NCBI GenBank assembly: GCA_002633005.1
Contig: NMRA01000029.1
Location: forward strand, 574,956 to 638,955
Source: Phoronis australis
Taxonomy: Eukaryota > Animalia > Phoronida
DNA length: 64,000 nt
Direction of reading: 5' to 3'
This document shows positions 12,001 through 24,609 of the stretch, in pieces. Position 1 is the first letter of the stretch. Each line of letters starts with the position of its first letter. The notes beneath the pieces are model-generated. The model was not told the DNA's origin, ran no database searches, and saw nothing but the letters and a program-made list of their open reading frames with translations. The position numbers were made by a program, and so were the translations under genes.

Positions 12001-13961
12001 CGTTTTTATAAGAACTCGGTGTACTTTTAAGGGTTTTAATCGAAGTTTGATGATTTATTGGTGTTAAACGATGACTTCAAGCGATAAGCTGACACCAGTA
12101 ACCCGTGTTGTGAACTTCTGAAGAGACTGCGTGTGAAACCGACAATTTCAACACCTCCGTCTGCCGTCAGGTGTCATGTAACGCAATCGTACGTGTCGTT
12201 AAGGAGTAGAGCTACTCGATCTGAATTGATACAAATTAGGTTGTTTTTGGGTGGCATGCTCCTTTAAAACCGAAGTTGCCACCGTTTTAGCTACGATCAG
12301 ACTTACGACCTTTGATAAAACGGGAACCTGGACATTTTTCCTGTCGGTGATGTGATCATACACGTGCAAGAGCGAATCTAGTCACGGTTTGACACTGAGG
12401 ACTGATTGTACAGTCACCAATTCGAATACCGCCCACTCTGTCGTCATCCCCTTACACCAAAACTGTTCGAGCAATTCATTGATAATATTTAATTAAAAAT
12501 ACTCTTTCCACATCTTTTTAGTTAAAAGCTTCATCAAACTGGTCTTAAAGCACGTTAGTTCTGTCGAAACGTAAGCCCAAATAATGCTTTTTCAAAATAA
12601 CTCCAAATATTTTCAAACTTAACAGAGTTTAATATGATTTTTTAGCTTAATTCTTATTTTTGGTTGTCCACCACCACCTAAAATGTCTGCCGTAGTAAGT
12701 GACACTTGACTTATGCATTATAGGTACTCAATCAACTACCACCATATGTACTGAGGTTTCCGCAGAAACTCTATTCACTTTAAAAAAAAGAAAGAAATAA
12801 TAGAAAATAAAGCAAACACAAAGACGGTTAAAACTTACGAAATGTTCATATTTTAGTGAATGTGAAGAAAAGAGTATCTTTAAAATTGCAGACGGGAGTG
12901 GGTTGACAGCCATTTTGCACCCCCACCCCTCGACCCTTTTCCTCGATCAATTTTTGTCTTGCGATTATAATTTTCAGACGCAGGCGAGTCTTGGCATACC
13001 TTCTAAACTAGCGTGCACTATTTTGTAGGGCAAAGGGCGACATAATAAAGCTAGACACCGGATATCATTATTGTAATGGTATAGCTGTTCAACATTCAAA
13101 AGGCGGAGAACCTGTTCTCGTATTGGTAGCGGAAACGTTCACACGAAAAATGTGGGCTTTCGATATCGTCGGACCATGTCAAGTGCGAAACAAAAGAGTG
13201 TGGGGAACCTCACGTGGTAAGTGTGGGGAACCTCACGTGGTAAGTGTGGGGAACCTCACGTGGTAAGATTCCAGTTTTCACATGGTGTGGCAGTTTTTCT
13301 GTTCTGAGTAATGAAAACAACGATTAACCAGCAATAATTATTGACTTGGGTGACTGCGCGAATTGTCACGTCCCTTTTCCGAAGGTGGGTGGGCCGATGA
13401 CATCATACCCATGTCACTTTTTCTTGAACATTGCGGTTGCACACCCCCCCCCCCAAGCCCTCATTTATGAAAACATCCACTAGTGTGATGTCTCTGTAAT
13501 TGACTACTGGGCAATTGTGGACATGTGCAATAAATGTGCTCGCATCTTCTATACATGTAACATATACTTTTGACACGGCCAAGGTCATAGATTAGGTACT
13601 TCTTGAATTTGCAGAGACTGGTGATTACTTTGGTGGATTTGACGGTGTAGAGTTTGACACAAAGGGAAACCTCCTTGTTACGCACTATGGCAAAGGCATG
13701 ATCGAAGTGTTCAGCCCCGCGGGTGGCGAACCGGACACGATAATCAGACTACCAGATGGCGTGCAGAATATAACCAATCTTGCTTTCAAGCCCAATTCAA
13801 CCGAGATCTATGTCACTGCATCGCCTGCCACGTTGTGGACATTCGACTGGAAGTATAAGGGCAGAGTTGAATACGTTCAATTGACCACTGATGGGTACGT
13901 AAGCACAATTGAATTCTATGTAACAAGAGCGGATACAGCTTTTTACGAAAGGTCAGTCTAA
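9050..13961 (+). CDS. Diisopropyl-fluorophosphatase (squid DFPase)-like / SMP-30-gluconolactonase family Ca-dependent beta-propeller hydrolase, predicted secreted, ~359 aa
   Basis: Exons 9050-9280, 9952-10265, 13029-13216, 13615-13961; all introns GT-AG with compatible phases (1080 nt). Motifs match squid DFPase as recalled: SEGPMF (AEGPVF), GGQCDQDGN, QGFNDGTFD (QGCNDCAFD), CNGIAV, AETFTRKMW, GGFDGVEFD (GGADGMDFD), IEVFSPAGGEP, NLAFKP. Hydrophobic N-terminus MSVYVLALGTLLLPQIFG. The last exon could instead splice to a short terminal exon at ~14059-14110. Confidence 0.9.
10574..12263. mobile_element. Kolobok-like non-autonomous element in DFPase intron 2
   Basis: TTAA|AGGAGGATGCCACCC ... GGGTGGCATGCTCCT|TTAA: 15-bp TIR with 1 mismatch and a TTAA TSD. 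Confidence 0.7.
11669..11911. other. Assembly overlap duplication around single N
   Basis: ~120 bp repeated on both sides of N at 11791. Confidence 0.85.
13198..13266 (+). repeat. 3 x 23-bp perfect tandem repeat spanning the exon 3 splice donor
   Basis: (GTGTGGGGAACCTCACGTGGTAA)x3. Confidence 0.95.
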
Positions 13962-15956
13962 GAAAATCGATAGGTTCCTGAGTAAACATGTTATCTAAAC
14001 CATTGTTTGGAGAACTACATAGTTGGGTAGTTCAATTTAATTTATTTTCAATACTTAGGCCTCCTGGCAACATTAGTGCAAGTGCGGAAGTAGCAAATAC
14101 AAGCGCTTAAGTAACAAATTGGTTGACATAATACAGACTATTAAATTAACTATGCACAGTAAAAACTTGGTGAATGAAACGAGTTAAGTTCCAAACGTTG
14201 CAAGACCTCATCAGGTAAACGACGGGATCACCATCGAAGTTATTAATGTTACGACAAATACCAAACTTTCGGTGACTTCAAACAACGCGCACTTGATGAG
14301 AAAATTGAGGTCAGTACTGAGATGTACTTTCACCAGAGCCAGTCCCGGCAGCCGTTCTTTGAACAATTTGGTTCCCCAGGTATAATTTTACGCGATGCAG
14401 ACATAACTGGAAAATGCGGATCTTTCTGCTTCAGAGGAGCCCATAGGCAAAGTGCAAGCGATAAACAACGAAGTACAGACATTAATAAATATGTCTGCGT
14501 TGGCAAGCTCCAGACAGTCAATAAGATAATGCGGCTGCTCTTTCAGGTCAAATCATTTAGATGAGAGATTGGGCAAGTCGTCCTCCCAAAATTTCAGTTC
14601 CCCAACCAACTCTTTCAGCTCAGCATTGACTGTAAACGGTAATGGTCTGAATAGTTCGACGCCTATTTCTACTTATTATGTCTTTCAATAAATCTCTGGT
14701 CAAATTGAACTTTTAAAGGGATATTTTCGTTAAAAAAAATAATTTTACAAAAATGAGCAGTAGTGCGTTTCCGAACCCATTTGCTCCACCGCAGTAGCTT
14801 AACGATCTGCCGTTGAGTCAAATCCCACGTGTTAAGCAGCAGAGTATTTTAAGCGTATATCTAGCAGACATGGCGATTTGTAATAAAATCACAAAAACAA
14901 CTAATAAAAGTTGTTGTTTTATAGCCTTGGTCAAACCTAATAATTTCAAGGAGTCTGTCTCAAAATTGCGTTTTGCGACCGTAAACCCGATAATGTTCTC
15001 TCAATTTGTCAAGACGTCATGTAGCCGCATTTCTGAAGTATCTTTCCTTTCCATACTTTCTAGCTGCATAATCGCCGTGCATAACATGGCCAAATTTCAT
15101 TTAATATTGATATATAGGGTGACATATCGAAAACGCTGTAGCAGTTTTCTAAGAAATCATTTTTACGCAACTTTTTTATTTTTGTCTTAAAATTAAAGGT
15201 CCTAATTGGAACATTGTGAATAACAATTGCAAACAGCATTTTGTAGAACAACAAATAAAGCAGCTTAATGTGTGCGACAGTTTCATTTGAATCCGATTTG
15301 CCATTTCTGTGATAAGACGTTCAGAAATTAATCAAACTTTAATCGACATTTTTCTTCGATCTTGCACAACCTGAACGTGGAATTCTTTAATCCTTCCTAA
15401 TACAGCGGACATTTTCAATTAACTATTTTCCAGGTCAACCAAGATGGCGGCGTACATGTCGATTCTGTTTGTGACCATACTGCACTACATCTGAAGATTA
15501 CTACGCCCACGGACTTTGCAGATGATTGAACTGCAGATTTTTGGATGTTTATAATAGACATTCTTTCCTCACAGCAGGAACTCTTTCATGTGATTTACGT
15601 TTTAAGCATTTGAAGATATTGAAAAAAGAACTTAGTAAACTTCTTTAAATTTTCAAAACTAGCTAAATTAGTCATGGAAGCTTTTTTCAATGTTCTGCTC
15701 AAAATGTATGCTGGGTTTATTTGTAGTCTTGATATGGTTTGCATAAATTGTTGTCTTGCACGTTTCTGCTGTATTTATCACTGAAATAAATGGTTTGCTG
15801 TACTCCATTCTTATAGTCCGGGAGCCAAATGCTGTTTTTTTTTACTTAACCTGGATTTGCCGGATAAAGTTTTTTTCTTTGCTGTTTCATGTAGCCTAGG
15901 CATAGTTAATCATAAGTCAGGAATGTGACCGTTCCCAACCCTTGAACATTTTTTAA

Positions 15957-16830
15957 AGTATGCAAATTGAGGCCGTCATTATGCAAAATTCTGTTTTTGC
16001 TTATAATTTCCTTACCAAGCACTGCAGCCAGATAATTTAGTAGACGTTTTTACCCATGTTTTCATGGTCAACGAATTTAATAGTGAAAGTTTTTGGGTGG
16101 ATACATCGTCAATCTGCATAATTTATGCAAATTAAGGCCTCCATTATTCGTTCTAATAGCTATGGTACCAATCATTACAGGTGAATTATCATATTTGCAC
16201 CTATGTTTTTATGGTCAGTTAGTTTAATGAAATCAGTTTGCATGTTCTTATATGATAAATTTGCATTATTAATTCAAATTAAGGCCACCATTATTCAAAA
16301 TTATTTGTTGCTTAAAGCGCCCTTACCAAGCACTGCAGACAGGTTATTTTAATGTTTTCACTCATGCTTCCATGGTCAGTGAATTTAATGGACCTCGTTT
16401 GTTGGTGGATACATTGTGAATTAATGTATGCATAATATATGCAAGTTAAGGCTGTCATTATTCAAAATTCTACTTTTGCTTATACCTGAAGTACCAGGCA
16501 CCCCAAGTAAACTATTTTAACATCTTTACCCATGTTTTCTATGAAATCAGTTTGCAAGTTGTTTCATGATGAATTTTCATATTTGATACAAATAATGGAC
16601 ACCACTATTCCAAATACCGTTTCTGCTCTTAATTTCCCTACAGGCGATACATGTAGATTATTTTCGAATTTATGTTATTGATAATTTGCACAAATTACTG
16701 GTGCCATATTCAAAATTCTACTTGTGCTTATAACTGCTACATCAGACACTAGAGGTTAGTTATAAATATTTGCACCCATGTTTCAGTGGTCAATGAATTT
16801 AACGAAATCTGTTTGCAGGTTGCAGCATGA
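15957..16830. repeat. Degenerate ~150-165-bp tandem array (5-6 units), probably subterminal repeats of the adjacent transposon
   Basis: Recurrent TATGCAAATTAAGGCC..CATTATTCAAAAT and ACCCATGTTTT..TGGTCA..GAATTTAAT blocks. Confidence 0.7.
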
Positions 16831-16989
16831 TAAATTTGCAGAATCTCCTTTTTGATGAAGTAAAAAAATAGTTTGTGATGTGTGTTCTGCAGTTTGAGAC
16901 CATAATTCCAAAAAGATATTGCCTATAGCCCTGCGCTCCCACAGACCATAGAAAAAAACGCAAATTAGTTTAATAACTTGGGTGAATGC

Positions 16990-18165
16990 TGGAATGGGGC
17001 TCGGAGCGATCAGTTTATAGGGACCACATTGATGAGGTACGAATACAGCAATGAGGGAATAGTAGCGAATTGCCATCAAATAAGAGAATCTTAAGCTTTG
17101 GGCACAAGTTGCCATTTGTCCTACAAGATTGAAACAGATCTTGGAGAGATGGAGAGCGGTAACGTTAGATCCTGTGCTAAAACTTATCACACAGAAGAAA
17201 GTAAGGCACGTCTTGATGCACATGCCCGGAATATTGCACGAATCTGTCAAAAGTAGATACCAGCATCGATCAATTGGATAGCAATGTCCATCCCAAAGAC
17301 GTAGTGGTGAACATCAGCAGTGACAGTATTGTTTATTCACCTAGCCAGGGTTTGTTTTGTTTATGAAATTTGCAGTGTAGCCACCAGGTGTCTCCTCTTC
17401 TTGTAGTGTGTCTTGTGTGGCCCTATATTTTCATTGAGCTATTGTCTTTAAACCATTGTTATGGAGATGTACTCAAATTGACCATGGGTGTGGTGCACAG
17501 CAGCTGCATTAATTTTCTGACAATCTTGTGAGATAGATGTTGGGTTTGGCAGCCACAGGGCTTCACATTCTGTAAGTTGAAATTTTGTTATTTTGTTTTC
17601 TCTTATACTGTGTAAAGTCAGTAACTAGAATTTGGTCAGTGAGTTGCTTACTTAGTTTAGTCTCTAATTGACTTAATTGCTAGTGTAGCTAATGTTTATA
17701 GGTTTTGCTATTTAGCTATTGTGGAATGTTATCCTGCATGCAGAGTCAGTTTGGTAGATTTTGATATCTCGTTGGTTGTAGTTTCGTCAGTTGTTTTTTC
17801 AGTAAACGTATATATGTGACACAGAACCAAGGTGTTTTCTTTAATCCAGGTTGCCCGGCCTGTGGTGTCTTCACAGGATTGCTACTTCAACAGTTAACGT
17901 ACATGAAACAATAAGCATGGGGTAGGCAGTGTTATCAAACTTCGAGAAAGGCTGCTAATACGTTAGGAACACAATTAGGTAATCACTGATGAAGATCCTT
18001 GTCCCTTAATATAGTACAAGGACATCGGGAGATCGAGACATCCCATGAAGAAGCTAGCTCCATTATTGTCCAACAGGACGTGAAATGTGCATATGAACTT
18101 AACAAGTTTTAGGTTGTTTCGGATAATAAAAAGGTATTTGTCCTTCGGTGTGCATTACTACGCAA
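16990..18165 (+). pseudogene. Decayed Academ-like DNA transposase fragments
   Basis: Frameshifted, stop-containing translation: WNGARSDQFIGTTLMRY..LKLWA..HTEESKARL..IDQLDSNVHPKDVVVNIS [insert] TVNVHETISMG..VITDEDPCP..TSHEEASSIIVQQ..VVSDNKKVFVL. Resembles the HEEAD/DTDV-type transposase-XPG ORF. Confidence 0.6.
17330..17875. mobile_element. Probable solo LTR inserted in the transposase relic
   Basis: TGT...ACA ends and near-TSD GTAT/GGAT. Removing it rejoins the transposase frame (GAC AGT ATT GCT ACT TCA). Confidence 0.5.
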
Positions 18166-20209
18166 TCATATAGTATGAATAACGCTCTTTTCTGAGCATC
18201 TTGAACTCCAAAACGTGGCCGATGGGATCTGGGATAAGACAGCGAGCACGAAGTCAAGGGTATTTACGAGAAGTTTGGGCTGGTTGCCACAACTACAATC
18301 AGGGGAGTGCGTGAGTTCATAGCAATGGAGGGGACCGTTAGAGTAGATAACCTACCAAATGCTCTGCGACGGTACACCTCTCCACTAGACTTTTTCTTGC
18401 CTTAAAGATGAATGTGAGCGAGGATTCAGCGAAATGAGTCGGATTGTAACAGGCGCTCGCTCTTAGAAACCATCTTCAGCTTGTTGTTTGGCAAGGTCAG
18501 TGGTTCCCCGCTTTCCATGTTCGACTCACAACCTTACGCCGAAACTTGGATTCGACAACACAGAACTGCTGATAGTTCTCAGTCCAGATCATGTAACTTG
18601 GAAAAAGACAAGACTGCCGACAATAAAAGTTGTAGAGGATTCTGTAACAAACCGCTCTATCTTTGGACAGGTCACAAGTACCTGGTATTTTACCAACTTG
18701 AAAAATTAAATGAAAAATAAGAAAAGCTGCTACCAAGAAAGCCAGTCCCACTTGGAGTTAATGCATATAATATAATGGCACGCAAGTGCTTGGTGTTCAC
18801 CTCATTAATAAAACGTCAGTGCTTGTGTAACATCGTTTTGTGTAATTAGTCTTTTAATTGTACAGAGTAACGTATGTTCGCCGAGTTACGAAATTTTAAG
18901 TTAATATATTTCAAGATAAAGTAACAATTATGGTGTTATGCCATAGGCGGATAAAGGGGACCCGGAGTACTAAAAACACGACCAGCATATCGTTTCTGGG
19001 CGTTATTGTCCTATTCTCCTTTATAATGTGTTTGGGCTCCCTCTTCAGAGACCGATTGGAACGCGAGCACATCTCTGCCTTCGAATATGTCTGGTTTGGC
19101 TCCTTTTCTGTGATATCCCAGATCTGCCGCTGCAGACTCGTAGTAAATACCCACTCATAAGTCAAAAATAGGCCTATATGTTTGTGAGTCAGGTTTTTTG
19201 AGTTCAATGGACTTTTCAAATTAAGATCTCAAGGCGCGCTTTACCTCTAAGTTGACCACTACCTGCGACTGTCAAACAGAAGGCAGGGGAAGGCCACATC
19301 GGAATTTTCACGAGTAGTTAACTAGATCTAGTCTGTGAAGTTCAAGTATTTGTAATTCTCGAAGGCAAATGGTCAGAATCCTTAAGTCTCATATGGGTGA
19401 ACATTAGCTCTTGTTTTGTGCACCGATTGTGACGACATTAGCGTTACATGAAGCTATGTCCAGTCAGCTTGATTAACTTGCAACGTTTTGGTGTCATCGA
19501 TCACGCTCGTGACAGAGGTCACGTTTTTTTAAAGAAACATAGAGCGTTTTAAAACAGGCCAAATTGCATGATTCAAAAAAATTGAAGTGGTTCCCTTCCA
19601 CTGAAACTGAAGTCAAGCTGTTCACTAGGTATTTTTTACGGTTGCTTCGTAAAGATTTTGAATTTATGTTGCTGTCAAAGCATTTTACTTTTAGTTTCAA
19701 AATTTTAAAAAGCTTAGGATGGTAATGTGGTCACGTGCTTCGCTTGTACTACATAGTGATATCTCGCGAATCCTTGCGTGTTTTGCGTTTTCGCGAGATT
19801 CTCACCTATAGGCCTACGGAACGCACGTCACGTATCACAGCAGTATTCCCAATGTATTCAAAGCATCTGTTGCACATTTCAAAAACAGTTTACAACATTT
19901 CAGTCATTCCCGGCTCAGACGGGTAGGAGACGGATTTTTGTAGTTTTCGATGGAGTGCATAACCAACGAACTAACAGGAGGCGCTTTGAAGGAAAAATGT
20001 CCATCACCCACTGACTCGATTTCTGAGAACGAAATCAACTGAGTTACAAATGTAAACGCGCTTGTTGCGGCTGGGGAATAATTGAAACTTATACCAAAAG
20101 ATGTCTCTACTGCAGTGTCGGGAGTGCTATGGTTGCTCCCTCAATAATGGTGGGTTTGGTTACTTCCTAAATACAAAATTTTATTGGGTGTACTCGCAAG
20201 TACATTTAA

Positions 20210-20555
20210 AGGGATGCTAAACCCGTTTCGTTTTTTTCAACCAATCCTCGTTCTGTCTCACGTTCATGCGCCACTTGGGTGATGAAAGGAGGATTCAGTT
20301 AAAGTCTTACTCGATGTGTATCATAATGGACAGTAATTGTTCTTGATGGGTGGTCTTTTCTAACACTCGTAATTCGCCTAAACCGTAGGTCACGCTTGCT
20401 TGTTTAGCAGACTAATTGCAAGGAATGTTCAATATTTGCTCCAAACGTTTGAGGATTCACGAAGGTTACAGAGCGCTATTTTGTTTTAGAGAGCCTCACG
20501 GGGAAGTCGTTTTCAGTATCTATTATAACAGTCCAAATCCGGGTTTAGCATCCTA
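20210..20555. mobile_element. TTAA-target (Kolobok/piggyBac-type) MITE
   Basis: TTAA|AGGGATGCTAAACCCG ... CGGGTTTAGCATCCTA|TTAA. Confidence 0.7.
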
Positions 20556-21089
20556 TTAACGATGGCAAGCGTACTCGTATACCTGTAGACCATATCGACT
20601 TGTTGCTGTAATTAGCCAAATATCTACCAAACTATAGATTTTAAATCAGTAAAAGTTTACATTTCTGGAAGTGAAAGTTTTTATAATTTGATTTTTGACT
20701 TTATACGATTTTGATACTCCATGTCTTTTTAACAAAAATTAGCGAAAAGGCATTAGGTACAGCCATAGCAAAACAACGATGTCAATGACATGACAAAATT
20801 TCGTTCAGTATAAATGTTCAAGATGAGATCTCAAAAAAGCTTTTGCAGTTTTCTAAATTGTAATTTCGTTTTCGTTTTATACAATCATAAAATCGTTATT
20901 TTTCATTGCCCCTCATGCACAAGTGGAAACTTTTTAAAACAAATCCCTAACAACTTCTTGGAGAAGAGTGTATAAAAATTCTATCTGAAAGTTTCATCTG
21001 AAACCGATCAGCCAGTTCTTTTACATGTATATGATGTGCCCAAGTTTTGCCAAAATTTGCCATTTTTCGAGGATCCTAAATAACATTAA

Positions 21090-21969
21090 GGTAGGTGGAT
21101 ACACAAAAAAAATTAATTTTGACTGTTTTTTACATTTTCATATCATGCTAATCTTTAATTCTGGATTCACAGTATACTGAAGAAAAATAAAATCATTCTG
21201 AAAATCCAAAGTTGTTTTTTTAGCTATATTTGACCAAGCCTCAGTAAGTCATATGGCTCGAGTGCTCACCAGCTCAGTGATTGACAACTGGGGCGGAGCT
21301 TATATACAAGGACACTAGCTCTAATCTAACCCTGTCAACAAGCATTGCGTAACCGGGCAATCGAGAGTGATGTACCAGCTGATATTGGTGTTGTAGCAAG
21401 ACCAAGAATAAAACAATTCTATTTTTGACNATCGATGACCGCTTAACTTCAAAGCCGTTTTTCTCGGCTCGTGATTTCAGGATAGTGACACGATTCTCGG
21501 GCCTATTTTTCCACAACACGTGGGTCAATTTTAACGAAAGTTGCAAATTTGAAATCCTCTTGGACTGAAGTAAAATCGCGTGCCAGGGTTTTTTGATAAA
21601 TGGACCAGATTTTTAGTTATTAGACGGAAAGTGACCAAATGACAAAAAGTGGCGTGCTTGCCCCAACTCACACACAAAAAATGCCACAAAATCAAGATCA
21701 TAATGATTTTGTACATATATTTGGTATGGATAAGTAGAATATTGCGTAAGGAAATAGTTGATGATGATCCCTGTGCATTTTGAAAAAAAATTCGAGGTAA
21801 AATTGGATTTGTTGAAAATTAAAAAATACGATTTTTTAAAAAAACGAACTACAAAAAAACATTTTTTTTCGATTTTTGTCACTTTCAGAGTCATGTCTAA
21901 CTAGTTAAAACTCCCTTTTTGCTCATTTTAATTAGGAACCTGGAGATTTGATCAGTGTATACACCTACC
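21090..21969. mobile_element. Kolobok-like MITE
   Basis: TTAA|GGTAGGTGGATACAC ... GTGTATACACCTACC|TTAA. Confidence 0.75.
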
Positions 21970-24609
21970 TTAATAACAGTGTATATTTCCAATGAAAGGA
22001 GTTCTATGGTGCATTTTAAATTTACGAAATGTGAACTTGTGTAATATAGAGTTCTTTTGTGTTTTTCTAGCAGTATTTATTTAGAAACCACTGTATACAT
22101 ATATATAAATGATAAAATAAACTAATTGATATCAGATATTATAATAAAATGTAAATACAGACAAGTTATATGAATATTAAAATGGAATTCTGAGATCTCT
22201 AAAAGTTACAATTTAAAAATGTGCTAATTATCTTAACACGGTCGTTTTAATTTTAGACGTTATCTCGTGTATTATGACTGCAGTGTGATGTTTTGATCCG
22301 CCACTTACAATTAGACCGTCTTCTGTCTAAAAGGGTCCTCCCCCGTGCACGTGACAATTTCGTACACGGAAGGAAGCAGTCAGTCTCTTGACCATAAGAC
22401 GATGTCCACAGCTGATCAACTTTGATTTCCACCAAGCTTGTAGATAGTGCTACGGTAGTTTATCAACAAAATTTAACCACATAAGGGTCAGTTGAAACAA
22501 CCGTGGAATGGTCGAGAACCATGAAGTCCAATTGTTAGCCAGTAAATATTAGTCGAAACCCCAGTAAATGACAAAAATCGCTTAAAATTTTCGCTAATAA
22601 AAGTAAAAAATTCCATTCACCCTTCTTCTGTTCACGTTTTGCCATGCAGTTGCAGTGGTGTTCGTTTTCTTCTAAGTGTGAATCGAACTAAAACCTCCTT
22701 GCTTTAAGCCCTTTCAAATTCCATTTATTAATTCTTTCTTCGTTCATATTGGCGGCGTTCTTACATGTATCGTTCGTAATGGTTGGGTCATCTAGTGCTT
22801 TTCTCTCGCTTTGAAGTGAATGAAATGATCACTCTACTTCGACAAGGGCGTGATATGATCACTTTTCGCGGCAAATGATAACCCGATGCCTCATTCCTTG
22901 AAAGCCACGTGTTCCCTACGTTCTACGTTGTATATCCGACGTGCCATATGGAACCCGTCCTTTTCTGAACAGAATGGCGTAAGCATTCTTCTTTGAGGAG
23001 GGCATGGTCACTTTTCATAGATTACAACGGACATGACAGCTATAGTTCATGAGCTTCGTTACACACTGCATGCCAAGAACGGCAAGGGTCCTTGTCTTTG
23101 GCTGAAACATACATGTAGGTACCTGAGCATTCACAGCACGTTGGTGACGACATTCGTTTCCCATCACAATGAACGATAAGACACTCTACTGCACAGGTAC
23201 AGAACTATGCAAGTGTGCACCATACGCATTAGGCATATCAACCGTCACTTGTTTCCTGTGGTGAAGTCTGGTCACCCAATCATACAGTTCACTGCAAATT
23301 TAACTAGCAAAGCTCACTTGAAGCCATTACTTCTCTTTCTTCCGATGATAAATCGTCAAGGTAAAAATTGTGTTTACTCGTATTAGATGAGTCGGCAAGT
23401 TTTATACCTTGCCGTAACAGTGACTGGTCTTACACTCCATCGCTGTATTTGCCGATCACCGTTTAACCGATATCTCACGTACATTTGTACAGCTCACTTA
23501 AGTTCCTCTCCTCGATGGAGGTTCTATAGACGTTACGAGAAGGCGTAAGTGTAGTCGGTGCGAGCACGCTCTTGCTCAAGTAGTCTATAGTGTACCCTTG
23601 AATCGACCTTCGAGCAGTGTGACAAAGTCGGGTAGCTTCTCCTTCGTTTTGTTGCCTCGTTCTAGTTGGAAGCTTTCGACCAGAGGAAACCTACAAAAAT
23701 GGCAGCATACACTGTATCTAGTTGTTAAAGTTCAGATGCAATAAAGCAAGAACGGAAAGTCTCGAACAGTGTCACCTACACGTAGACTCGCCTTGTTTTT
23801 TGTAGGTGGAGGAGTACGTCACCAATTGCTTACCTACGCACAGGGGAAGGCGTCGTCCTGGTAACGACCACGTCAGCTGAGCATGCGCATCGCGAACGAC
23901 ATGACTGCGGAGATCACCAAACACGTCTTTACTGCGTCATGGTCGAAGGTGTTGTGAGGCGAGTTGCCAAAAACAAATTTAAAGAACAAAGCGATGACGT
24001 AACGCGTTACTCGGCAACATCGACGAAACATATCTCTCAGTACAATCGGTGACGTTAGGAATAATGGATTACGACATGAACTTTCGGAAATTTTGGATTG
24101 TTCGGTGTACTCGGTGAAAATTTCGTACCAAAAATGCCAATGGCAAATAAAACTAATCTACGCACTTAAAAAGATTGAAAATACCACCTTCCTTGCAAAA
24201 CCGTAGCCATGGGTTGCCATAATAAAATTATACAGTAAATCAAGATACAGCCACATTTTTGCAATAACTGTTTAACTTTCTGAAAGCCTAAAATGATGGT
24301 ATCTTCGAGCATTCGGTTAGAGGAAATTCACCAGTTGAATAGTGAGGTTGTTTTATATGCCGTCGTTCTATTTTTTGGTGAACAGACAATGTGTTTTTGC
24401 CAATGAATAAGATTGTAGAAATTTTCAATTTAATATGTGATCGCACTTTACTCAATACCTATACCGTTACACGTGGAAATATACTCATGGTTCGTCTGTG
24501 TACTTTCTAATATATATGATACGAAACCATCGCAATTAGAAATGTCGATCCCTCAGAACATCCACCATATTCGAACAGGTTGAACCCCCTCCTAAACGTG
24601 AAACTGTTA

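Noticed and set aside
23430-23940. Minus-strand splice-like signals and neuropeptide-like AHA-QLTWSLP-GRR
   Set aside because: No in-frame ATG or signal peptide without invoking two frameshifts; the spliced frame stops quickly.
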